A stretch of DNA of 17,913 nt from a virus (lineage: Duplodnaviria > Heunggongvirae > Uroviricota > Caudoviricetes), in IMG/VR virus record IMGVR_UViG_2671181134_000011. One strand, given 5' to 3'. Below are positions 7,358 to 13,740 of the stretch, in pieces. Each line of letters starts with the position of its first letter. Positions within the stretch are counted from its first letter, which is position 1. A program made the translations under genes and the position numbers. Below the pieces are notes generated by a model. It did no database searches, was not told where the DNA came from, and was given only the letters and a program-made list of their open reading frames with translations.

Positions 7358-7796
7358 GCTCCTCTCCTTTGATGCGAATGCCAGCGACGCGTAATGCGTG
7401 TTCTAGGTCAATCAGGTAAAGCCAACTGCCATTTTCTTTAGGTATCATGACATGTCGCTCATCTGCATTTATCGGGTGTCCATATCGAAGGTCGTAACGA
7501 GTCGGTAATTGAACTTCCCGCGCTTCCAGTTCAGCAATACGCTTGCTCCCATCAGAGATAACGCCTTCGTAATACTCACGCTGCTCGTTGAGTTGTGATT
7601 TTGCTTCTTCCAGTCCATCCAGCAAATCAGCGATAATATCCGCTTCCCGATGACGGATGTGACGCTTAAACGCCGCTAAAGCTGCATCACAATCCTGTTC
7701 AGCGTTTGGACTGTCTGGCTTTTCCTGATACCACGCCAGCGTCGATTGATAGTTTTGTGCTGCCTCACGCAGTGCCTGATAGTCAATCTTGCTCAC
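7335..7796 (-). CDS. Hypothetical nin-region protein (153 aa)
   Basis: GTG start at 7794-7796 preceded by AAAGGAGG (7 nt spacer), overlapping the stop of the upstream gene. C-terminus ...IRIKGEEHGNKTRG contains the 18-bp repeat. Confidence 0.5.
   Translation of the reverse strand: MSKIDYQALREAAQNYQSTLAWYQEKPDSPNAEQDCDAALAAFKRHIRHREADIIADLLDGLEEAKSQLNEQREYYEGVISDGSKRIAELEAREVQLPTRYDLRYGHPINADERHVMIPKENGSWLYLIDLEHALRVAGIRIKGEEHGNKTRG
7363..7380. repeat. 18-bp direct repeat tctcctttgatgcgaatg, copy 2 (gene junction)
   Basis: Identical to 6484-6501. Confidence 0.8.
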
Positions 7797-8100
7797 TGGC
7801 TGCCTCCTTTGCCGGGATTTCTAACTTTTGAGTGGTTGTATCAAATTCAAACAACTTAACCACGTCATCAAACAGGACATAATCACCATCAGGATCTTCA
7901 GTCATATCAGTGCCACAATCCTGACCGCACGAGTCGCAACCACCCATATCAAGCTCGTATCGCTTCAGGTTCGCGATATTTGATAAATTCAGCGCCAGTA
8001 CAGCCAGATCATTAACCTCGTCTGCGGTATACCCTGCACCATGTCCATACATTCCAATGCGGGATATGATTTCTTCTACACGTTGTTTTGTGATCGTCAT
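7783..8100 (-). CDS. Hypothetical acidic protein (105 aa) with CDSCGQDCG motif
   Basis: ATG at 8098-8100 preceded by GGAGTGAAGAGAAAA; the ORF track extends it to a TTG at 8124. Acidic C-terminus. Confidence 0.45.
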   Translation of the reverse strand: MTITKQRVEEIISRIGMYGHGAGYTADEVNDLAVLALNLSNIANLKRYELDMGGCDSCGQDCGTDMTEDPDGDYVLFDDVVKLFEFDTTTQKLEIPAKEAASEQD

Positions 8101-8398
8101 TTTTCTCTTCACTCCGATATACAAGGATTACTACGCCCCCTCTGCTGATTGCGCGAGCTGGATCTCCTGGTTCCATACCGTCAATCCCGAAGGCTTCGAA
8201 AAATGCATCCATTGCCTGCTGGCGTTGATCCTGCCTACGGCGTTTATTCCATTTTTTCATGAACAACAGTGACATCCATCGTCCGCTGCAGAACATGATG
8301 TAGAAATAACCAAGAAGTGCCAGGCCGGTATTCAGGGCCGTATCAATCGTTATCGCCGGGTCAATATTCACTGACCACCTCCTGAAAAATAACCGCAT
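8012..8398 (-). CDS. Hypothetical protein with N-terminal hydrophobic segment and basic stretch (128 aa); uncertain
   Basis: ATG at 8396-8398 with GGAGAAA ~10 nt upstream. Hydrophobic segment ITIDTALNTGLALLGYFYIMF followed by KKWNKRRRQDQRQQ. Overlaps both neighbours in other frames (38 nt with 8361-8657; ~90-110 nt with 7783-8100), so the true extent is uncertain. Confidence 0.3.
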   Translation of the reverse strand: MRLFFRRWSVNIDPAITIDTALNTGLALLGYFYIMFCSGRWMSLLFMKKWNKRRRQDQRQQAMDAFFEAFGIDGMEPGDPARAISRGGVVILVYRSEEKNDDHKTTCRRNHIPHWNVWTWCRVYRRRG

Positions 8399-8657
8399 GA
8401 CCCAGTTTCTCCGTCAGTGCCAGCTCAGTCCTTGCACCTGCCGACTGCTGCCAGCCTTTCAGTATGTAAACCGCATCCACGCAACGGAGCATTGCCATGC
8501 AAATATCCATGTAGTGTGGCTGAGTCAGCCCGTCCGGAAGCACAGCCGGATTTAAAACGGTATGCCCTTCCCGTTTCAGCGCCTCTGCCGCCTTGTGAAA
8601 TGCCTCGCGGTTAAAATTTTCATATCCCGTCATCGGACCGGCGATATAAATCCTCAC
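8361..8657 (-). CDS. DUF4406-like (nucleoside 2-deoxyribosyltransferase-like fold) small protein
   Basis: 98 aa starting MRIYIAGPMTGYENFNREAF...LNPA, the characteristic N-terminus of this fold family. GTG start at 8655-8657 preceded by AGGAGGG and overlapping the upstream stop (GTGA). Confidence 0.6.
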   Translation of the reverse strand: MRIYIAGPMTGYENFNREAFHKAAEALKREGHTVLNPAVLPDGLTQPHYMDICMAMLRCVDAVYILKGWQQSAGARTELALTEKLGHAVIFQEVVSEY

Positions 8658-8971
8658 TCCTGAACCCTCCTGTCGAAATAAACGTAGTTATTCACTGCGC
8701 CCAACTTCATCCCAAACTTTTCGGCAATTTCCCGTTGGGGTACGCCACGCTGATGCAGTTGCCGCGCCAGCTCAATATCACGCTGTGAGAATTTGGCTGA
8801 CTGGTGATAATCACCCCGTAACATCATGCTGATCCCCAGTTCCCGCGCTTTCGTCCTGACGGCTGACTCACTACGGCCAATCAGATAACCGATGCTTTCG
8901 ACTCTCATCGTTCCCGCACACTGCCGGAGTATCAGGATTTCAGCCCAACGCCACTTCTTCCAGCCACTCAC
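8654..8971 (-). CDS. Putative HTH DNA-binding protein (~105 aa)
   Basis: HTH-like segments ESIGYLIGRSESAVRTKARELGI and RGVPQREIAEKFGMKLGAVNNYV. Start taken as the GTG at 8969-8971 overlapping the stop of the 44-codon ORF (GTGA); the ORF track extends it to a GTG at 9058; an ATG at 8906-8908 is an alternative start. Confidence 0.45.
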   Translation of the reverse strand: MSGWKKWRWAEILILRQCAGTMRVESIGYLIGRSESAVRTKARELGISMMLRGDYHQSAKFSQRDIELARQLHQRGVPQREIAEKFGMKLGAVNNYVYFDRRVQE

Positions 8972-9102
8972 CGCTGCTGCTCTCTGGTGGTGGTAATATC
9001 CCGGAGAATATCCCTGTGTTTGTTCAGTTCCCGCAGCGCAGCACAGACTCGCTCCCACTTCTGGACATCACTTTTCGCCCGACGCAGTTCGCGGTTTGCC
9101 AT
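8968..9102 (-). CDS. Possible 44-aa ORF (MANRELRRAKSDVQKWERVCAALRELNKHRDILRDITTTREQQR)
   Basis: ATG at 9100-9102 lies 6 nt after the stop of 9109-9684. Below the ORF-track size cut-off; no clear SD, so expression would depend on translational coupling. Confidence 0.25.
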   Translation of the reverse strand: MANRELRRAKSDVQKWERVCAALRELNKHRDILRDITTTREQQR

Positions 9103-9108
9103 ATGCAG

Positions 9109-9684
9109 CTATGGTAAAACCAGGTCATCCGCTTGCGTTTCGGTGAACAGTGGCAACGACTGCACAATATCCACCACAGTTTCTGTTTTAATATCTTCCT
9201 GTGTAGTCGTTTGCTGGACTGGTAACGCAACACCTGCTGGCTGAGGAAGGGCTTTACCATCCGTTTCCGCTACAGATGCGGCTTTCGGCTCTACTGGTAA
9301 ATTATCGCCCGGCATGCAGTAACGAAATTTACCGCCCTGATTCACGCGAATCAGACGCCCTTTGCTGATTGCCATTGCCAGCGATGAATTCGCACGGCGG
9401 GAGGTAATTCCGAACATCAATGCCAGCTCATCCGCCGTTTGTGGGCCATGTTGTTCAATCGCCTCTGTCAGCATTTGCGCCGTCACTTTTGGTGGTTGTA
9501 TCACAGATTCACTTTCCCCTGCCTGAGTCAGCCACCACATCGCCCCCCTGTTATCCGCTTCACCACGGCGTTTCAGTTTCCACAGTTCGTTGACAGCCTC
9601 TTCACGACTGATTCCAAGGCGCGCAGCCACCACATGTGAAGAGGCTTTTTTCAGTGCTTTCAGTGCGTCAGATACGGTTTCCAT
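9109..9684 (-). CDS. Hypothetical protein with two winged-helix-like segments (191 aa)
   Basis: ATG at 9682-9684 preceded by GGAGG. Segments [22 protein letters not shown] and [27 protein letters not shown] resemble wHTH recognition units. Confidence 0.55.
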   Translation of the reverse strand: METVSDALKALKKASSHVVAARLGISREEAVNELWKLKRRGEADNRGAMWWLTQAGESESVIQPPKVTAQMLTEAIEQHGPQTADELALMFGITSRRANSSLAMAISKGRLIRVNQGGKFRYCMPGDNLPVEPKAASVAETDGKALPQPAGVALPVQQTTTQEDIKTETVVDIVQSLPLFTETQADDLVLP

Positions 9685-9705
9685 TAAAATTTCCTCCGGA
9701 CAAAA

Positions 9706-10452
9706 TTACTTCACAACCCTCATATTGCTGACATTTGGACGCCAGCTATCCCAGTTAAACGTCACCCATCGACCACCGTTCATGGTCATGCGGTCCATAA
9801 TCCTCTCACCAAGAAGCGTACTCATTGCGGCATGATTCAGGTTTGTTAACATCCCGACACTGCACAGTGATGCTGTCCGGCGATCAATTATCTGGTGCAA
9901 TACCACCTGCTCGTTTTTCGTCTCCCGCTGGACGCCTATTTCATCCAGGACCAGCAAATCAACCCCGCAAAGCTCCTGTAAAAATTTTTCCCCGGATTTG
10001 CCGTTGTCGTAGCTGTCATGCAACACGCTCATGACGTCAGACACGGTGACGATAATCACGCTGCGCCCCTTCACCATCAGCCGGTTGCCCATCGCCGCTG
10101 CAAGGTGATTTTTCCCGGTGCCGGTTTTACCGCTGAACACAAAATTCGTGCACCCGGTCATCAGTTCGTCAGCTATGGATTTGGCCTAGCTCAGCGCGTA
10201 TTTTTGCCCGTCGTTCTGCACCTGATAATTTGCAAACGAGCATTTGCTGTGCAGAGGCTGGATGCCCGAACGATTCAGGATTTTTTCCACCCGCAACTGG
10301 CGATTCTGGCAGTTAATCTCCTCGCTGCGTTTTCGTCCTTCAGCAAGTTGCCATTCCCGCCACTCCTCCACCGTCCGGTACGGTGGAACCGCCCCCAGTG
10401 GTGCAAGTCTGCGAATACATTCAAGAACCCCAACTGCCGCAATGTTTTTCAT
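9706..10452 (-). pseudogene. dnaC-like helicase-loader gene interrupted by one in-frame amber codon (TAG at 10186-10188)
   Basis: ORFs 10186-10452 and 9706-10161 are in the same frame: ...FANYQVQNDGQKYALS*AKSIADELMTGCTNFVFSGKTGTGKNHLAAA.... Walker A GKTGTGKNHL and downstream LLVLDEIGVQ match DnaC/IstB-type AAA+ loaders; the halves align colinearly with E. coli DnaC as recalled. ATG at 10450-10452. Confidence 0.7.
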
Positions 10453-10458
10453 GCCACA

Positions 10459-11427
10459 TCACCCCCTGAATCCCGGCGGTATTTCAGTGTCCGGTTCAGA
10501 AATGTGATTTACGCAACGCTGCGCGGGCGAACGCCCCAGGCGGATAACCAGTTCATCCCATTTTTCCCTGAGTTTTGCCGGACTCATGATGTTTTTTACC
10601 CAGAACGAATCCCGCTGGACACGCCCAAACATTTCACAAATCTGCCGGTGACTACGTCCATCCAGCATACGCATCATGCGCACATCATTCGCCCAGGTCG
10701 TCCAGTTAGGTTCTCTGGGGCGTGACACCTCACCATCATCACTGGCGGCCTGTTCATACAACGCCACAACCCGTCCCCAAATCCACTGCGCACAGGCGAC
10801 ATCCTCACGGGTACCCCACTGTCGCTTCGGTACATTCCAGGTATGCGCATCTGGGTGTTTCTCCAGAAATCGCTCAACTGGTGATGATCGTTTTTCGTCC
10901 AGCAGTGAAACGTCCGGACAAGAAGATCTTTTATCTGACGGATCAGGTTTTAATACTGACGGATCGGGGTCAATCATCGCCCCCCTAATACGCAGTTTTT
11001 TATCAACCGTTGATCCATCAACATTTGACGGGTCAACCGTTGAGGGGGCAATATTTGACGGGTTAACTGTTAACGGGTCATTTTTTGCCGGGCTAATTTT
11101 TCTTTTCGGTTTATATGCCTCACGCGCCGCAGTTGCAGCTGCTTCGAGTTTTTCCACATTAAGCCGATAGATATTGCTTACGTTACGCCCACCGACCTTA
11201 CGCTCTTCCTTCGTCAGCCAGCCCTCTTTCGCCAGTTCTGCAATAGCAGATTTAACGGTGGATTCACTTCTTGCACCGATCTGACGCCGGATAGTTTCAA
11301 TGGCAGGCCATGACACGCCCTCGTCATTGCTGTAGTCTGCAAGACGGGCCATAACCGCCACCCTGGATAAGATCATGCCGGTGAAGGCGCACCCTTCCCA
11401 GACAAGACCATGAAGCTTGCTGCTCAT
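10459..11427 (-). CDS. Replication initiator (lambda O-like) with N-terminal HTH domain
   Basis: ~322 aa from the ATG at 11425-11427 (track start is a GTG at 11442). N-terminal HTH-like region, then a 5-residue periodic linker DPLTV/NPSNI/APSTV/DPSNV/DGSTV encoded by the iterons. Sits directly upstream of the dnaC-like gene. Confidence 0.7.
   Translation of the reverse strand: MSSKLHGLVWEGCAFTGMILSRVAVMARLADYSNDEGVSWPAIETIRRQIGARSESTVKSAIAELAKEGWLTKEERKVGGRNVSNIYRLNVEKLEAAATAAREAYKPKRKISPAKNDPLTVNPSNIAPSTVDPSNVDGSTVDKKLRIRGAMIDPDPSVLKPDPSDKRSSCPDVSLLDEKRSSPVERFLEKHPDAHTWNVPKRQWGTREDVACAQWIWGRVVALYEQAASDDGEVSRPREPNWTTWANDVRMMRMLDGRSHRQICEMFGRVQRDSFWVKNIMSPAKLREKWDELVIRLGRSPAQRCVNHISEPDTEIPPGFRG
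11003..11092. repeat. Iteron array (about six 15-bp units) inside the O-like gene; candidate replication origin
   Basis: Consecutive 15-mers tcaaccgttgatcca / tcaacatttgacggg / tcaaccgttgagggg / gcaatatttgacggg / ttaactgttaacggg / tcattttttgccggg. An in-gene iteron block is the arrangement known for ori-lambda. Confidence 0.5.
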
Positions 11428-11449
11428 AAACCCCCCGAACACCGTGCTT

Positions 11450-11875
11450 TTAGTGCATCACCACAGCATTCCCTGCCGGGCCGCCGCGATTCATCTGGTC
11501 ATACAAAACAACCGCTGACGCAACAAAATCATCGACATCCTTCACCAGCCGATCCCTCCGTTCGACGATCTCACGGTAATATTCAGAACTGTGGCTGCGC
11601 ATACGGGCCACCAGCAAAGGCGGCATCGCCTTTTCGATCGCCGGTAACAGAGCCTGCATTTTTTCAACAGCATCAGGGGTGTCTTTATCCAGCCAACGGA
11701 AAATTTTCTGTGTATTACGGGCCAGGGCTTCCGGATGGCTGTCGTCGTACAGTTCAGGGAACGTCATCCCCAGTTCGAAATAAGTCCGGGCTATTTCAGC
11801 TGCAGGAACTTTCTCACCGTCCGGATAGGCCCAGGCATTGATCGCCATGCGGATGTGCTCATGCTTGATTTTCAT
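11450..11875 (-). CDS. YdaT-like (CII-like) early regulator (141 aa)
   Basis: Begins MKIKHEHI, as I recall for Rac YdaT; ATG at 11873-11875 with AGGAG 9 nt upstream. Position between the cro-like gene and replication genes matches cII-type regulators. Confidence 0.5.
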   Translation of the reverse strand: MKIKHEHIRMAINAWAYPDGEKVPAAEIARTYFELGMTFPELYDDSHPEALARNTQKIFRWLDKDTPDAVEKMQALLPAIEKAMPPLLVARMRSHSSEYYREIVERRDRLVKDVDDFVASAVVLYDQMNRGGPAGNAVVMH

Positions 11876-12140
11876 GAATCAAGCTCCTAGAAAGTGGTTG
11901 TGTTAACGTTTTGGTATCTTCCAGCTCAGGCCAAATATTCATCCAATCAAAAGGCCTTAGTTGCTGACGTGTAACTTCACCATTACTGGCTCGCTCAATA
12001 AGGACACATAACGATGCCCCTAACACTTGGCCTTTACTCAATGCCTTTCTTAGATAACCGATGCTGGTACCACACTCGCATGCAAACATACGCTGTTCAT
12101 CTGACGAAAGAGAATTGAGAAATATTCTTAATTCTTCCAT
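11859..12140 (-). CDS. YdaS/Cro-like HTH regulator (93 aa), divergent from the repressor
   Basis: ATG at 12138-12140 with AAGGAG 7 nt upstream. HTH-like segment CGTSIGYLRKALSKGQV; first gene of the minus-strand early-right operon. Confidence 0.55.
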   Translation of the reverse strand: MEELRIFLNSLSSDEQRMFACECGTSIGYLRKALSKGQVLGASLCVLIERASNGEVTRQQLRPFDWMNIWPELEDTKTLTQPLSRSLIHENQA

Positions 12141-12247
12141 AGCTACTCCTTAGTAAACACAGCAAAGAATACCTATAGGTAAACAAAAGTCAATACCTTT
12201 GGGTTGTTTACCTTACGGTAATCACATCTATTATTTACCTATGGACA
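12141..12247. promoter_or_regulatory. OR-like intergenic control region with TACC-N4-GGTA palindromes
   Basis: Perfect palindrome tacctataggta at 12170-12181; taccttacggta at 12209-12220; degenerate copies tacctttgggtt (12194-12205) and tacctatggaca (12236-12247). Lies between the divergent starts at 12140 (minus) and 12241 (plus). Confidence 0.45.
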
Positions 12248-12660
12248 AATATGAATTTAGACGACAGCAGCTCATCAAAATTCGTGATGAGAAATGCGAT
12301 GGTAAAGCGGTTAACGTAGCCAGAAAGATCGGTCGCGAGCCTTCTTATGTATCAAGAATGTTGTACCCAGAGGGGAAAAAGGGAAAAAAACGGATCGCTG
12401 ATGATATGGTGGAGATTATCGAAGAGTCCTTTGGGTTACCCCGAGGATGGATGGATGGTATCGTTTCATCATCAACGAACACAGCCTCCAATTATGAAAC
12501 AAGGGTTCTAACGCCACGACAACGTATTTTTTTAGATCTCTTAGACGAGCTGCCAGAAAGTGAAGCGGATAACTTATTAAAAACTCTTGAAGAGAAAAAA
12601 CAGTATTACAATATGATCTACGAAGAAATCCGTAAAAAGAAAGCACAAAACGCATCATAA
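12241..12660 (+). CDS. Prophage repressor, DicA/RacR-like XRE-family HTH protein (139 aa)
   Basis: ATG at 12241 (track start is a TTG at 12199). HTH GKAVNVARKIGREPSYVSRML; C-terminal LDLLDELPESEADNLL resembles the DicA C-terminus as I recall it. Divergent from the cro-like gene. Confidence 0.65.
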   Translation: MDKYEFRRQQLIKIRDEKCDGKAVNVARKIGREPSYVSRMLYPEGKKGKKRIADDMVEIIEESFGLPRGWMDGIVSSSTNTASNYETRVLTPRQRIFLDLLDELPESEADNLLKTLEEKKQYYNMIYEEIRKKKAQNAS

Positions 12661-12699
12661 CTCACCAAACAACCAGTCACCAGTTAAGACGCCTGAAAA

Positions 12700-12745
12700 A
12701 AAGTTACCCATGGGTATTTACTTTTTGGGTACCCATGGGTATGCT
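12700..12745 (+). promoter_or_regulatory. OL-like operator pair and candidate early-left promoter
   Basis: Two perfect palindromes tacccatgggta at 12705-12716 and 12730-12741 (25-bp centre spacing), same half-site family as the OR sites. Candidate -35 TTTACT (12717-12722) and -10 TATGCT (12740-12745) overlap the second site. Confidence 0.4.
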
Positions 12746-12926
12746 CCCTTTCATACCAACCCACTCCGCCCCACAGAATGCAGGGCAATACCTCGAGTTA
12801 CCCGGCAGTGGTCAGGGGTTAAGTAGCCAGCCCGAGGCGTATGAACATGACGGCGGGAACACTTTGTATAACAGCGCAGCAGGTTTTTAGTTCCGCTACC
12901 CGGCGTTAAGGGTAAATGGGGTCAAC

Positions 12927-13079
12927 ATGGATACTATCGAGCTTGGCAACAACGAATCTCTGGTGTGCGGAGTATTCCCCAACCAAGACGGCACGTTTAC
13001 CGCGATGACGTATACCAAAAGTAAAACGTTTAAAACCGAAGCTGGCGCGCATCGCTGGTTAGCCAGAAACGCTAACTGA
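12927..13079 (+). CDS. Small ydfA-like (DUF1391-like) protein, 50 aa
   Basis: ATG 12927 to TGA 13077-13079: MDTIELGNNESLVCGVFPNQDGTFTAMTYTKSKTFKTEAGAHRWLARNAN. Below the ORF-track cut-off. Resembles small proteins following the repressor in Qin/Rac-type prophages (from memory). Confidence 0.5.
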   Translation: MDTIELGNNESLVCGVFPNQDGTFTAMTYTKSKTFKTEAGAHRWLARNAN

Positions 13080-13334
13080 TTAGCGCCAGTAAAAACAGGT
13101 TTCCACAGGTTAATTTACCCTGAAAAGTCAGGGCATAACACGAAAGCGCACGGCGAGATTCCTTTGCATATAAGGTTAGATTTCTTCGACCGTGCGCTTC
13201 CGGTTGTGGCAATCCGCGAAATGGCGCGGCGGTAAGTATGGCGGGGTTATTCCTTCCCCCGTTGAGGACACCGGGTTGTCAGGTTGACCATACGCTTAAG
13301 TGACACCCCAGCCACAACAACCTCTGTTATCACT

Positions 13335-13373
13335 TTTCTGGTGATTCGGCGGAAATGAATATCCGCCCTTTTT
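13335..13373 (+). ncRNA. dicF: DicF-like small RNA, shortened variant, with intrinsic terminator
   Basis: tttctggtga ttc ggcgg aaatgaatat ccgcc cttttt: the 5' UUUCUGGUGA, the GGCGG...CCGCC stem and the 3' CUUUUU tail match K-12 DicF as I recall it, but ~20 nt of internal sequence are missing. Lies directly upstream of dicB. Confidence 0.5.
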
Positions 13374-13551
13374 AAAGTGAATTTTGTGATGCTGTGAATG
13401 CGGCTATGCGCACGCGGAACAGTTAAAGCAGTAAGGCGGTCTTTTACTGGCGTAACGAGCATCAACTAACCCGACGTTAATTGTTAACTGGTTAACGTCA
13501 CCTGGAGGCACCAGGCGCTGCATCACAAAATTCATTGTTGAGGACGCGATA

Positions 13552-13740
13552 ATGGAAACGTTATTACCAAACGTTAATACGTCTGAAGGTTGTTTTGATA
13601 TTGGTGTTCTGCTCAGTAATAAAGCGTTTACTGAGGATGCCATTAATATGCGGAAATATGAGCCTTATCTGCTCAATGATAATTCCATTCTTTCCCGAAT
13701 TGCCCTTATTAAACTTGGTATTTTCGGAGAACGTCAATGA
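13552..13740 (+). CDS. dicB: DicB-like cell-division inhibitor (62 aa)
   Basis: METLLPNVNTSEGCFDIGVLLSNKAFTEDAINMRK... matches the DicB N-terminus (MKTLLPNVNTSEGCFEIGV...FTEDAINKRK, from memory). GAGGA SD 6 nt upstream of the ATG; AT-rich codon usage. Confidence 0.7.
   Translation: METLLPNVNTSEGCFDIGVLLSNKAFTEDAINMRKYEPYLLNDNSILSRIALIKLGIFGERQ

Noticed and set aside
8654-9058. 134-aa version of the HTH protein, and ORF 9024-9260
   Set aside because: The 9058 start is a GTG without an SD and the upstream part conflicts with a 44-codon ORF in another frame; 9024-9260 overlaps the 3' end of the well-supported 9109-9684 gene in a different frame.
11003-11092. Periodic 15-bp repeats as a CRISPR array
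   Set aside because: The repeats are contiguous with no spacers, sit inside a coding frame and match the iteron pattern of lambdoid origins.
9439-11841. Plus-strand ORFs 9439-9639, 9590-9835, 9825-10034, 10018-10725, 10244-10507, 10676-11170, 10722-10988, 11410-11841 and minus ORF 10674-10877
   Set aside because: Antisense or alternative frame to the dnaC-like, O-like and YdaT-like genes, which have recognisable motifs and SDs; their compositions (Pro/Arg/His/Ser-rich) look like frame shadows.
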